Below are positions 18,777 through 29,158 of a stretch of DNA of 64,000 bases, piece after piece (within the stretch, counting starts at the first letter, position 1; each line of letters begins with the position of its first letter). This stretch comes from an uncultured Gemmatimonadales bacterium (GTDB lineage: Bacteria; Gemmatimonadota; Gemmatimonadetes; Longimicrobiales; RSA9): positions 192,001 to 256,000 of the forward strand of contig CAWCRS010000005.1 of the NCBI GenBank assembly GCA_963798085.1, written 5' to 3'. The notes beneath the pieces were generated by a model. The model was not told where the DNA came from, searched no databases, and saw only the letters and a list, made by a program, of their open reading frames with translations. Made by a program: the position numbers and the translations under genes.

Positions 18777-21506
18777 TCATTCGGCGCGCATCACTCGCAT
18801 GGGGTCGACGGTGGCGGCGCGGCGAGCCGGCAACCAGCTGGCGAGCACAGTAACACCAGTGAGCACGAGAGCCGTGAGCAGCAGTGCGCGTGGGTCGGTG
18901 GGGCTCACGCCGTAGAGCATGCCACGCAGCAGGCGAGTCCCGGCCACGGCAAGGACCAGCCCGAGCGCGAGCCCGATGAGCACGAGACGGAGGCCTCGCC
19001 CGACGACCATGCCTACCACCGAGCTCTGGTGCGCGCCGAGCGCGCGGCGGATGCCGATCTCGCGCTGACTCTGCGCCACGCCGTACGCCACCACTCCGTA
19101 AAGACCGGCCGCGGTGAGCAGCAATGCGAGAAGACCCAGCGTCGTCGAACCAATGGCACCGCCCTGTACGGCGGAGTACGCCTGTTCGGTCTCCTCGTCG
19201 AGCGTCTTCAGCCCCATGACGGCGAGGGTGGGATCGATGCGGGCGAGCACGCGGCGCACACCGGGCGCCAGCAGGCGTGCATCGCCGGCGGTGCGCAGCA
19301 GCACCGAGTACTGCGTGCCCTGAATCTGGCGGGCGCTCAGTGCCAGCACCGGTTGCGGCGACTCGCTCAGGGTCATGATGTGCGTGTCGCGCACGACGCC
19401 CACGATCTCGGCGGTGCCCATGCCCGTCTCGATGCGCCGGCCCATGGGCGAGGCGCCGGGCCAGAGGCGACGGGCGAGCGTCTGGTTGATGACGGCGACG
19501 AACGGCGAGTGCGGCGTGTCACTAACCATGAATTCGCGGCCCTCGAGCACGGGCACGCCGAGCGTCTCGAACCAGCCCGGCTCCACGCTCTGGAACAGTA
19601 CCGATGGGCGGTCCTGATCCGTGGCTGCCACCCCTTCGGCCGCAACGCGGAGACTGGACGTACTGCCATCCATGGGTATGTGGTTCGCGCGCGAGACGCG
19701 CGTCACACCCGGCAGTGCGCGCAGATCGCGGAGCAGGCGATCATAGAAGACGTGCACCTGCGCATCGCTGTAACCCTGCAGCGCAGGATCGAGCGTCACG
19801 ATCAGGCCGTGCGCGCGCGGAAAACCCACGTCGATCTGGCGCGCGTGCGCCAGGCTGCGCAGAAACAGACTGGCCGACACCAGCACGATCATGGAGACCG
19901 TCACCTGCGCCACGACCAGCGCGCTCAGCAGGCGGGAACGCTGGCGTGCCCCGCCACTCGCCGCGCGCAGTGTGGCCGCCGCGTCGTTGTCGGCCTCGCG
20001 CCATGCGGGCAGCGCGCCAGCCAGCAGACCGGCACAGGCCGACGCCAGCACCGTGTAGACGACGACGCGCCAGTCGAGCGTGATCTGGAAGGCGCTGGCG
20101 AAATCGAGCGGCGGCTGCAGGCGATTGAGCAACCGGATGAAGGGGCCCGCCAGCAGCACCCCCAGCGCGCCGCCGGCCATGGACAGCAGCGCGCTTTCCA
20201 TGACGGCGTGGCGCATTACCCGCCAGCGACTGGCGCCCAGTGACAACCGCACCGCCATTTCGCGCCGCCTCGCCGTGCCGCGCGCTAACAGCAGGTTGGC
20301 CACATTGGTGCAGGCAATGAGCAGGATCAGCCCGGCGCCCAGGAGCGCCACCAGACCCGCGCTGCGCAGCTCGCCGCCCTGCCAGGCCCAGGGGTTGATG
20401 GGCTGCCCGTTGGGAAAGAGCGTGACCGCCCGCCCCCCGTGCGAGGCGGGGAATGTTCCGCCCAGACTGTGCGCCACGGCGTCGCCCGCGGCTTTCGCCT
20501 GGGCCAGGCTGACGCCCGGCTGCAGACGCGCGACCAGTTGCAGCCAGAACGTGTTGCGCGCCGCGAGCAGGCCATCACTGCCCGGGAAGACCCATGGGGC
20601 CGCGTGTGTCGTCACCCACAACTCCGGTGCATACGCGAACTGACGCGTACCGCTGAAGCCGCGCGCGGCCACACCCACGATCGTGAACGGATGCCCGTTC
20701 AGGCGCACCGACCGGCCCAGGACGGCGCGGTCACTGCCGAACTGTCGCACCCAGAAGGCGTGGCTGAGCAGGACCGCCGTCTCGTCATCGGGGCCGAGCA
20801 GCCGGCCCAGCTGCGCGCGCGGACGCACCACGTCGAAGTAATCCGGTGTTATCACGTGCGTCCACGCCATGACCGCATCCTGACCCTGCGCGCTCAGGCT
20901 GACCGGTCCCTCGGAGAAGCCCGCCACACCGCGGAACACGCTCTTCGTGCCATCGCGATAGTCGATGTAGTCCGGGTAGGAGAAGTCCAGCAGATGCGCG
21001 TCCGTGCGGTCGCCGAAGACGGCAACGAGGCTGGCGGCATCGCGCACGGGCAGAGGCCGGAACGCCAGCGAATCCACCAGCGAGAACGTGCCCGCGTTCA
21101 TGATGATGCCCAGCACCAGAGTGCCTACGGCAATGAGCGTGAACGCCGGACTGCGGCGCAGCGTACGCAGCGCCAGCTTCACATCCTGCCCGATCGACCA
21201 GCCCATCCTGCCTCCTCGCCGGCGCCGGGCTGGTACTGTCGGGAGCGAACGCGCCCGCGCGTGCACGGCCCGACGCATGCGCTCCAGCGCGAAACGCAAC
21301 GCGAGTCCCGCCGCCTCGCGCCGATACCAGCGAACGGCCCCGCGCCGATCGCCACGGACGCGACGCGCGAACTCCTCCGCCATATCACCCAGCGCGGAGT
21401 TACCGGAAACCCCACGCGGCAATGCCGCGCGCAGCAGCCGCTCGCTCAGCACGGGCGGCTTCACGATCTGTGGCTCAGGCGCGTCCAAGCCGCTGCTCCA
21501 CGCCAT
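18777..21506 (-). CDS. ADOP-type duplicated ABC permease
   Basis: LGDMAEEF prefix, QDVKLALRTLRRSPAF, LLIACTNVANL, REIGIRRALGA, PARRAATVDPM. Confidence 0.92.
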   Translation of the reverse strand: MAWSSGLDAPEPQIVKPPVLSERLLRAALPRGVSGNSALGDMAEEFARRVRGDRRGAVRWYRREAAGLALRFALERMRRAVHARARSLPTVPARRRRGGRMGWSIGQDVKLALRTLRRSPAFTLIAVGTLVLGIIMNAGTFSLVDSLAFRPLPVRDAASLVAVFGDRTDAHLLDFSYPDYIDYRDGTKSVFRGVAGFSEGPVSLSAQGQDAVMAWTHVITPDYFDVVRPRAQLGRLLGPDDETAVLLSHAFWVRQFGSDRAVLGRSVRLNGHPFTIVGVAARGFSGTRQFAYAPELWVTTHAAPWVFPGSDGLLAARNTFWLQLVARLQPGVSLAQAKAAGDAVAHSLGGTFPASHGGRAVTLFPNGQPINPWAWQGGELRSAGLVALLGAGLILLIACTNVANLLLARGTARRREMAVRLSLGASRWRVMRHAVMESALLSMAGGALGVLLAGPFIRLLNRLQPPLDFASAFQITLDWRVVVYTVLASACAGLLAGALPAWREADNDAAATLRAASGGARQRSRLLSALVVAQVTVSMIVLVSASLFLRSLAHARQIDVGFPRAHGLIVTLDPALQGYSDAQVHVFYDRLLRDLRALPGVTRVSRANHIPMDGSTSSLRVAAEGVAATDQDRPSVLFQSVEPGWFETLGVPVLEGREFMVSDTPHSPFVAVINQTLARRLWPGASPMGRRIETGMGTAEIVGVVRDTHIMTLSESPQPVLALSARQIQGTQYSVLLRTAGDARLLAPGVRRVLARIDPTLAVMGLKTLDEETEQAYSAVQGGAIGSTTLGLLALLLTAAGLYGVVAYGVAQSQREIGIRRALGAHQSSVVGMVVGRGLRLVLIGLALGLVLAVAGTRLLRGMLYGVSPTDPRALLLTALVLTGVTVLASWLPARRAATVDPMRVMRAE

Positions 21507-21807
21507 CCCAGAGACTCATCAACGCATCGCGTGAATCGCGCAGCGCGGCCAGTCCCGCATGACTGAGCTGCAGGCGACGACGCGGCCTCCCGCCCCGTTC
21601 CGGTGGCCCCGGCTCTGCCGTCGACTGCAGCATTCCCTTCTCTTCCAGCCGGTCCAGCGTGATGTACACGGCGCCGCGACTCGCCTCGCGCCCCGTGCGC
21701 GCAGCGATTTCCTCCAGCACGGCGGGCGGAAAGGCATCGTCGCCGAGTCGCAGCACGGCGAGGAGCACGAGGTGCTCGAACTCGCCGAGGAATGATCGCG
21801 TGGGCAT
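21475..21807 (-). CDS. PadR-family transcriptional regulator
   Basis: LGEFEHLVLLAVLRL, GAVYITLDRLEEKG, RGGRPRR. Confidence 0.92.
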   Translation of the reverse strand: MPTRSFLGEFEHLVLLAVLRLGDDAFPPAVLEEIAARTGREASRGAVYITLDRLEEKGMLQSTAEPGPPERGGRPRRRLQLSHAGLAALRDSRDALMSLWDGVEQRLGRA

Positions 21808-22242
21808 GCCTACATAATTGTACATGCTCGCGGCGGGCGCAAGAGGTGGGCCGGCGATCCGGCTCGCGCGCGACGGTTCCGGGCGAGGGACAGGGATGGG
21901 GGTCGGGTTGAGGGGTCAGGCGCGGGCAAGGGCACCCGTTGGCGGGCGAGGCGGAGGGGCACGAACTCCGCTTCCCTGCTCCTCCGCTCAAGCCTAACAA
22001 CGACTTTCGCGAAACCGCTGTCAACCCGGTGTGGGGCGTATTGTCTCAGTTCTTCAGCCATGGCAATGCAAAGTTGCGACGCAACGGAACGACTACGGAG
22101 GCGGTCGCCGGCTGCCTACATCTTTGCGCTTCCGCCCTACACTCCGCTGGCAGCGCCGCCACCATCTGTTGCACGGCATCCCGCGCATGCCGCGGCGGGG
22201 CGGCAGCGAGGGCTGGAAGAGTCCGTCACATGGAGGTGACCT

Positions 22243-23646
22243 GTGAGAAGGATATGGGGGTTTGCGGGCGCGCTGGTTCTGCTAACGGCCTGTTCGGATC
22301 CGACGGTCATGGCGCCGGTGCGCATGGCGGTTGCGCCGGCTGTCGTTCCGCCGGTCGTGACCCTGCGCTCGCTCGGTACACTGGCGACGTGGGGGTGGTC
22401 GTGGGCGTGGGACATCAATGATGCGGGCGAGGTCGTCGGGTGGAGCGACACCGAGGACGGGTGGTCGGGCGCGTTCCTCTGGCGCGATGGGGTGATGACC
22501 AATCTCGGTACGCTCGGAGGCTCGTCTGCCGTGGCACAGGCCATCAACAATTCCGGTCAGGTCGTCGGGCAGAGCATGACGACCGAACTCGAGCGCGCGT
22601 TTCTCTGGCAGAACGGAGTTTTGACCGACCTGGGCACTTTTGGCGGCCCGGTCAGCGATGCCCTCGGCATCAACAATGCCGGGCTGATCGCCGGTTCGAG
22701 CATAATCCTGCCTGACTTCAAATCTCCCACGCACGCCATGCTATGGCAGAACGGAGTCATGACCGATCTCGGCACGCTGGGTGGGCCGAACAGCGTGGCA
22801 ACAGACATCAACGCAGCCGGAGACGTAGTCGGAGAAGCCGACATCGCATTTCACGTTGCTCATGCCTTTCTCTGGCGTCACGGCACAATGATCGACCTGG
22901 GCACATTGGGCGGCGCGTACGGCTATGCGAGCCAGGCGTTCGGGATCAACAGCGCCGGCGACATTGTGGGCGAGAGCTACGCCGATCACTACCACGGCAG
23001 CCGCGCCTTCCTGTGGCGCAACGGTGTGATGACCGATCTCGGCACACTTGGCGGCAGCGGTGGCGGCGCGTACGACATCAACGACGCTGGCGATATCGTC
23101 GGCTACAGCGGCACAGCCTATGGGGAAGCGCACGCGTTCCTGTGGCGCAAGGGCGTGATGATCGACCTGGGTACGCCGGGCGAGTACGACAGCGAGGCAA
23201 AGGCCATCAACAACCTGGGGGTGATCGCCGGCATGAGCCGGTCGGTTGTGGACGGGACGCGCGCGGTGATCTGGACGGTCGACCTCGCTGCGACGCAAGT
23301 CGCCATCAATGTGCGGCCGGACGACCCGAACAACGTGATCCCGTGCACGGATCCGGGCTTCACGATTCGCGTGGCGATCCTGACGAACGACCGCTTCAAT
23401 GCCGCGACGGTGGATGCGAACAGTGTGCGCGTCGCCGGCGCATCCGAGATCCGGCGGCGTGATGACGGCGGCGCCGTGCAGCAGCTGACCGATGTCGATG
23501 GCGACCGTGATCTCGACATGCTGATCCAGGTGCGCCTGGGCGATACGCAGCTGACCTGTGCCTCGACGCAGGCCGACATTCAGGCGAACACGCGGAGCGG
23601 GCAGCGCATCGTGGGGCAGGACCGCGTGCTGATGGTGAATCGCTGA
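22243..23646 (+). CDS. Extracellular HAF-repeat lipoprotein with C-terminal beta domain
   Basis: LLTAC lipobox; repeated AFLWxxGVMTDLGTLGG...AxxINxxGxVVG; C-terminal DVDGDRDLD motif. Confidence 0.9.
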   Translation: MRRIWGFAGALVLLTACSDPTVMAPVRMAVAPAVVPPVVTLRSLGTLATWGWSWAWDINDAGEVVGWSDTEDGWSGAFLWRDGVMTNLGTLGGSSAVAQAINNSGQVVGQSMTTELERAFLWQNGVLTDLGTFGGPVSDALGINNAGLIAGSSIILPDFKSPTHAMLWQNGVMTDLGTLGGPNSVATDINAAGDVVGEADIAFHVAHAFLWRHGTMIDLGTLGGAYGYASQAFGINSAGDIVGESYADHYHGSRAFLWRNGVMTDLGTLGGSGGGAYDINDAGDIVGYSGTAYGEAHAFLWRKGVMIDLGTPGEYDSEAKAINNLGVIAGMSRSVVDGTRAVIWTVDLAATQVAINVRPDDPNNVIPCTDPGFTIRVAILTNDRFNAATVDANSVRVAGASEIRRRDDGGAVQQLTDVDGDRDLDMLIQVRLGDTQLTCASTQADIQANTRSGQRIVGQDRVLMVNR

Positions 23647-23959
23647 TGCACCAGCGTCGACGCGTGCCGTGTACCTCCGCAACGCGGCATGGGCGCTTGG
23701 AGCGCAGGTCCGCGGTAACAGGAGCACGGGTACGTTGAACGCTCCGGCTTCTGGAAGACGAGCGACGCCGGTGGACAGGCCGGCGTCGCTCGAATATGGT
23801 GGCACTGCAGGATCGACTCGGCCCGCGCAGGCAGCGCTCGCTCCCAGCGGGCTTGTGGCGCTCTGACGGAATCGCTTTCTCTACAGCGCGCGCACGCGCG
23901 TAACGCCGGCCACGTCCGGGAACGCGCGCCTTACAACTTCCATTTCCGGCTGGATTACC

Positions 23960-24760
23960 ATGAATGCACGCATGGCGGTTGCGCTGCGCGGGCTCGGGCG
24001 GCGCGTACGGCAGGGCGCCCTTATCGCCGTGTCAGGCCTGGTGGCCGGCAGTGCCAGCGGCCAGGGGATGCAGGCGACGCCGCCATCCACGGTCCTGCGC
24101 GTGGATTCCCTTGCCCGGCTGACCCCGGAAAAAGTGGTGGCCGACGTGGGGACGTACCGCGGCCGGCGCGCGCTGCACGTGGTACAGGCGAATGGTCCTG
24201 CAACAGGCGATTATCAGGCGCCGAACGAATCCATGGTGCTGGTTTCCGGCTCGTCGTTCACGAATGGCACGATCGAAACCGCTGTCGCGGGCGCACCGCG
24301 CGCGGGTGGCGACACGACCGTGGCGCGGGGATTCGTGGGCATCGCATTCCACGTGCAGCCGGGCGCCAGCGAATTCGAGTGCTTCTACCTGCGCCCGACC
24401 AATGGCCGCGCGGACGACCAGCTGCGCCGCAACCATGCCACACAGTACATTCCGTATCCCGGGTACACGTGGCAGCGATTGCGGCAGGAGACGCCCGGCG
24501 TGTACGAGTCGTACGCCGACCTCGAGCCGGGCGCGTGGACGAAAGTACGCATTGAAGTCGCGGGCTCGAAGGCGAAGCTCTTCGTGGGCGATGCGAAGCA
24601 GCCGACGCTGGTGGTGAACGACCTCAAGCACGGCGAGCGCGGCGGCATGATCGCGTTGTGGGTGGGACTGGACACCGAGGCGTGGTTCACCGATGTGACG
24701 CTGCGGGCGGCAGCGTCTGACGGCGCCGCCCGCAGCAGCCACGACGCTGCGCGACACTGA
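23960..24760 (+). CDS. Exported DUF1080-like (3-keto-disaccharide hydrolase-like) protein
   Basis: Signal-like N-terminus; FTNGTIE, RGFVGIAF, FYLRPTNGRADDQLRRNH, GMIALWVG. Confidence 0.7.
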   Translation: MNARMAVALRGLGRRVRQGALIAVSGLVAGSASGQGMQATPPSTVLRVDSLARLTPEKVVADVGTYRGRRALHVVQANGPATGDYQAPNESMVLVSGSSFTNGTIETAVAGAPRAGGDTTVARGFVGIAFHVQPGASEFECFYLRPTNGRADDQLRRNHATQYIPYPGYTWQRLRQETPGVYESYADLEPGAWTKVRIEVAGSKAKLFVGDAKQPTLVVNDLKHGERGGMIALWVGLDTEAWFTDVTLRAAASDGAARSSHDAARH

Positions 24761-24895
24761 ACGCGGCCTCAGGCGCCCAGCGATTGAGGTTCAGAAACAC
24801 GTCGCAGAGCGCGGCCGGCCGGCGGTTCGGGAACGCGGATCAACGGGGCCAGGGTTGGCCGGGGCGTGGGGACCGGGTTATGTTCCGTGCCTCGA

Positions 24896-24969
24896 CGGGA
24901 CGTAGCGCAGCCCGGTAGCGCACCTGAATGGGGTTCAGGGGGTCGCCGGTTCAAATCCGGCCGTCCCGA
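24896..24969 (+). tRNA. tRNA-Pro(GGG)
   Basis: CGGGACG/CGTCCCG acceptor, CCTGA-AT-GGG-GT-TCAGG, GTTCAAATC. Confidence 0.95.
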
Positions 24970-24982
24970 TTGGTAATCCGCA

Positions 24983-25024
24983 CCGGCCCGACGCGCGTGA
25001 TCGCGGTCGGGCCGGCTTGTTTCT
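24983..25024 (+). terminator. Probable terminator after tRNA-Pro
   Basis: CCGGCCCGAC...GTCGGGCCGG hairpin followed by CTTGTTTCT. Confidence 0.65.
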
Positions 25025-25101
25025 GCGCGGCGGAATTCCGCTTTCGTCGCGCCCACTGAGGCCTGGTCCCTGCACCCTGACGCGGCTGCTCGCCGCGCAT
25101 G

Positions 25102-25383
25102 TTAGGAGATCGGGAGGCTCTCCGGAATCATCAGGAAGGAGACGCCCGAGGCGTCGAGGCGCAGCCAGCCGGGTGTGCGCACCAGACGGAGCACCGGATT
25201 GTCGCAGGAGGGGCAGCGCAGGACGACACCCATCTCCTGACCGTACTCGAGGAGGGCGCCCACGGGCCTTGTCGTCCCGCAGCCCATGCAGGTGGCGAGC
25301 GCCATGGTCACGTCCTGCGCAAAGACCTGGCGCAAGGCTCCGCCAGCGGCGTTTCCGTCGAGCCGCATTTCCTCGGTCTGCAT
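25102..25383 (-). CDS. DUF6510-like small protein with two CxxC motifs
   Basis: LDGNAAGG, CMGCG, VLRCPSCD. Confidence 0.8.
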   Translation of the reverse strand: MQTEEMRLDGNAAGGALRQVFAQDVTMALATCMGCGTTRPVGALLEYGQEMGVVLRCPSCDNPVLRLVRTPGWLRLDASGVSFLMIPESLPIS

Positions 25384-25426
25384 GTCGCCTCCTGATGAAG
25401 CGTGATAACACGATGTTGCGCGAGCT

Positions 25427-26194
25427 TCAGGATGTCGGCCCGAAGCGTTCGGTGCGCACGCGAGCCGGATCGTGTCCGAGCTCGACGAGCAGCGTCGCCA
25501 CTGACTCGACGAGCGGCGTCGGCCCGCACACGAACGTGCGTGGCATCTGCGGCGGTGGCCAGCTCATTTCCTGCAGCATGGCGCGGTCGATGCGACGGCG
25601 CAGCCCGGTCCAGCCGGCCGGCGCCTCGCGTGTCAGCGTGAACACCACCTCGACGCCCGGTTGTTGCGCCAGCTGTTCCAGCTCCTCGCGGTAGATCACG
25701 TCGTCCAGCGAGCGTGCGGAGTAGAGCAGCCGGACCGGCACCTGCGCGCGTGCCGCAGCATCGGCGCGCGCGTGATGGCGCAGCATGGCCATGAGCGGTA
25801 CGATGCCGGAGCCGCCGGCCACGAGCAGCAACGGCCCTCCCTGCGCGACGGTCCACACGAAGTAGCCGCCGATCGGGCCGCGCACCTCGACGCCATCGCC
25901 GGGGCGCAGCACCTCGCACAGGTACGGCGACACTTCGCCATCGTCGAGTCGTTCCACGGTGAGGGACACCCGTGCATCCTCGGGCGGCGACGCAATCGAG
26001 TAGGAGCGCTGCGCCTGGTAGCCGTCCTCCGCGACGAGGCGTACGTCGACGTGCTGCCCGGCGCGGTGTCCCGGCCACTCGGGCACTTCGAGAACGATTG
26101 TGCAGGCGCGCGTCGTTTCCTCGCGCTGCTGCACGACCGTCGCGACACGCCAGACGAGCCGCGCCGGCGAGGCGACGGGCGCGTCAGGGATCAC
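25427..26194 (-). CDS. Ferredoxin reductase-like FAD/NAD(P)-binding oxidoreductase
   Basis: QRSYSIAS, GEVSPYL, RGPIGG, AGGSGIVP, FVCGP, ERFG; GTG start overlaps upstream gene end. Confidence 0.92.
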   Translation of the reverse strand: MIPDAPVASPARLVWRVATVVQQREETTRACTIVLEVPEWPGHRAGQHVDVRLVAEDGYQAQRSYSIASPPEDARVSLTVERLDDGEVSPYLCEVLRPGDGVEVRGPIGGYFVWTVAQGGPLLLVAGGSGIVPLMAMLRHHARADAAARAQVPVRLLYSARSLDDVIYREELEQLAQQPGVEVVFTLTREAPAGWTGLRRRIDRAMLQEMSWPPPQMPRTFVCGPTPLVESVATLLVELGHDPARVRTERFGPTS

Positions 26195-26810
26195 CCTGAT
26201 ACCGCTGTTCGCGCCACGGATCGCCGCGGTCGTGATAGCCGAGCTGCTCCCAGAATCCGGGCTCATCGCTTTGCAGCAGCTGAAGACCGCGCACCCATTT
26301 CGCGCTCTTCCAGAAGTACAGGTGCGGCACGAGCAGGCGGGCCGGTCCGCCGTGCTCGGGCGCGAGCGGCTTGCCGTCGTACCCGAACGCTACCCATGCC
26401 TTGCCGCCGGTCACGTCGGCAGCCGGCAGGTTGGTGGTGTAGCCGCCATCGCTGAAGGCGACGACGAACTCGCCATCCGCCACACCTGCGGCTCGCGCCG
26501 CAGCGAGCAGTGTGTCGAGCGATACGCCCTCCCACTTCGTGTCGAACTTCGACCATTTCGTTACGCAATGGATGTCGACCGTGGGCGTTTCGTGCGGCAG
26601 CGCCATCATCTCGTCCCACGACCAGCGCAGCGAGCGGCCGGCGCGATCGCGGATCGTGAAATCCCATGCAGCCAGCGGTGTGCGCGGCGTCGGACCGGCC
26701 GAGAGGACCGGGAAGTCCCGCGTCTCGTACTGACCGGGCGGCAGCCGACCGGGCGGCGCGGTCGCCCGGCGACCGTGGAAGGCGCGGGCGATGAATGAGC
26801 CTTCAGCCAT
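26184..26810 (-). CDS. Sulfite oxidase-like molybdopterin oxidoreductase
   Basis: LPPGQY, DIHCVTKWSK, EHGGPARLLVPHLYFWKSAKW, GFWEQLGYH. Confidence 0.93.
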   Translation of the reverse strand: MAEGSFIARAFHGRRATAPPGRLPPGQYETRDFPVLSAGPTPRTPLAAWDFTIRDRAGRSLRWSWDEMMALPHETPTVDIHCVTKWSKFDTKWEGVSLDTLLAAARAAGVADGEFVVAFSDGGYTTNLPAADVTGGKAWVAFGYDGKPLAPEHGGPARLLVPHLYFWKSAKWVRGLQLLQSDEPGFWEQLGYHDRGDPWREQRYQGDP

Positions 26811-27023
26811 GATTCACGCTCCTGACGTCGTGGAGTCTGCAGTCTACGCCGCGCCGCCGCGTACGCAATGCCGATCCGCAGGGCACTCCCCATGTCACAA
26901 CTCAGGTCGCCTTACGTCTACCGGAAGTGACGTTCGCGCCATCGCGGAATCGTCCGCAGCCCGTGTCACACTGAACCGATATGGGAAGGGAATCGCCGAA
27001 CAAACGGGGAAGGAGGCGGGCCA

Positions 27024-27092
27024 ATGTCATTCTACTCGATCATGCTGTTCCTGCACGTCACCGGTGCACTCGCTCGCTCAAGGAAATGCTGA
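27024..27092 (+). pseudogene. 22-aa micro-ORF, probable remnant of a membrane-protein N-terminus
   Basis: AGGAGG RBS then MSFYSIMLFLHVTGALARSRKC-stop. Confidence 0.4.
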
Positions 27093-27411
27093 ACCTGGGG
27101 CTGATCCGGGACACGGCGGCGTCACTGGATCCGAGCCGGCGGCTCGCCTCGCCGGCGGGGCTACGCCCCAGCTGAAGGTGCGGCGGAGCGCGCCAGGGTG
27201 CGCATCCTGCCTCCTCTCCGGGGCGGGCATTGCAAGTCGACGATTTTCGTCCGGTCCCGGCGCAGCTGCCACCTGCCGGGCCGGATCCTGACACCATGTT
27301 ATCAGGCCTGCGCCACTCCGGCCCTGGCCCGCCACGCGTTGCGGGCCACCTGGCGGCTCGATAAACTGGCACACCCCGGGTCGGATTCCGCGTCAAACGT
27401 CAAGGTGTGCC

Positions 27412-28884
27412 ATGAACAGGGTCAAGGCGTTCCTGCTGGTCCAGATTGCGCTTCTCCTCATCGTACTGTCCTCGCCGCGTGTCGTTCAGGCGCAGATCCC
27501 GGCCAGCGAATTCGCTGCCCGACGCGATTCTCTCGCCAGGCGGGTGGGGAACGGCGTCGTCGTCGCCTTCGGCGGGCGCACACTGGTCAACGACTTCGGC
27601 ACGTTCTTCCAGCTGCCGTCCTTCCACTACCTCACGAACTTCGATGAGCCCGATGCGGGCTTCGTCATGGTCGTGCATGATGGCAAGGGCGCGAGCACGA
27701 TCTTCGTCACGCCCAGCGATCCTCGCCGCGCCTTTTATTACGGCCGCCGGCCGGACACGGCCACGGTGCAGCGCGACTTCGGTGTGGGCGCCCGGTCGTT
27801 CCAGGCGCTCGCCGGTGTGCTCGATTCACTGGCGCGCAGCGGGCAGCCCTTCTACACGCTCGCGGACTACGAAGACGCGGATTTCGCGCGCGCCGACTCG
27901 CTCACGCGCGGGCAGGCCTTCATGCGTGCGTTCGCGGCGAAACACGCCGGCGTGACCGTGCACGATGCGCAGCGCATCGTCGAGCAGCTTCGGGCCCACA
28001 AGAGCGAAGCCGAGATGGCACTGCTGCGCAAGGCGGCGGAGATCAGCTCGGAGGGTCATCGCGCCGCCATGCTCACGGCAGATCCCAGGCATGAGTACGA
28101 GCTGCGCGCAGCACTCGAGTTCACGTTCACCCGTCTGGGCGCGGAGCGGCCGGCATACGGCTCCATCGTGGGCGCGGGCGCGAATGGTACGCAGCTCCAC
28201 TACATGAAGGACACGGCGCAGGCGAAGCCCGGCGACCTCGTCGTGATGGATGCCGCTGGCGAGTACCACGGCTATGCCGCCGACATCACGCGCACCATTC
28301 CCGTGAGCGGGACGTTCACGCCCGCGCAGCGCGAGATCTATCAGCTGGTACGCGATGGGCAGGCAGCGGCCGAGCGCAATTCGAAGGCGGGCATGAAGCA
28401 GCAGATGGCGCAGGACTCATCGTTCATCGTGCGCGCACAGGGACTGGCGAAACTGGGTCTGGTGGAGAGTGCGGACGCGCAGTTCGATCCGCCCTGGCCA
28501 GCCAACTGTTCACAGGGCAACGCCTGCAGCCAGGCGAACCTCTGGTTCATCCACGGCATCAGCCACGGACTCGGACTGGCCGTGCACGATCCCGCGCAGT
28601 TCTCCTTCGGCGACCGTACCTACAAGGTGGGCGACGCCTTCACGATCGAGCCGGGAATCTACATCTCGACGGCATCGCTCGACGTGCTGCCGGACACGCC
28701 GCGCAACCGCGCTTTCATTGCAAAGGTGAAGGCCGCGGTGCTGAAGTACCAGAACACCGGTGTTCGCATCGAGGACGACTACCTCATCACGGACAAAGGC
28801 CTCGAGCGCATCAGCACGGCGCCACGCGAGATCGGCGAAATCGAGGCGCTGCTGAAGAAGCGGCGGCCGGCGGTCATCAGCTGA
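27412..28884 (+). CDS. Exported Xaa-Pro aminopeptidase (M24B)
   Basis: Signal peptide; LHY, MDAAGEYHGYAADITRT, HGISHGLGLAVHD, TIEPGIY, GVRIEDD. Confidence 0.93.
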   Translation: MNRVKAFLLVQIALLLIVLSSPRVVQAQIPASEFAARRDSLARRVGNGVVVAFGGRTLVNDFGTFFQLPSFHYLTNFDEPDAGFVMVVHDGKGASTIFVTPSDPRRAFYYGRRPDTATVQRDFGVGARSFQALAGVLDSLARSGQPFYTLADYEDADFARADSLTRGQAFMRAFAAKHAGVTVHDAQRIVEQLRAHKSEAEMALLRKAAEISSEGHRAAMLTADPRHEYELRAALEFTFTRLGAERPAYGSIVGAGANGTQLHYMKDTAQAKPGDLVVMDAAGEYHGYAADITRTIPVSGTFTPAQREIYQLVRDGQAAAERNSKAGMKQQMAQDSSFIVRAQGLAKLGLVESADAQFDPPWPANCSQGNACSQANLWFIHGISHGLGLAVHDPAQFSFGDRTYKVGDAFTIEPGIYISTASLDVLPDTPRNRAFIAKVKAAVLKYQNTGVRIEDDYLITDKGLERISTAPREIGEIEALLKKRRPAVIS

Positions 28885-29158
28885 GCGGGCACTGCCGCGC
28901 GGCTCCGCGCAGGGCCGCGCAGGACCAGGAGCGAGTCGATACGCCTGGCCCTGCGCGCAGAGCCGCGCACTGACAAGTCAGGGCATTTCCCGGCCGCACC
29001 CGGGGTGGCCCTTGTTGCGGACGGTGCAGGCTGAACCGATCCGGGCCATGCGGACCGTGTCTACGGTAACGGCGGGCGGTGTTGCGGCGGGCGGCACAGG
29101 CGACAGATTCCCCGGTACCCAAGCCCGCTGATCTTTCCTGCGCAGGTGGTGTGCAGCG

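Noticed and set aside
26811..27411. Riboswitch in the 600-bp intergenic region
   Set aside because: I could not match cobalamin, TPP, SAM or Moco consensus elements by eye; an Rfam scan would settle it.
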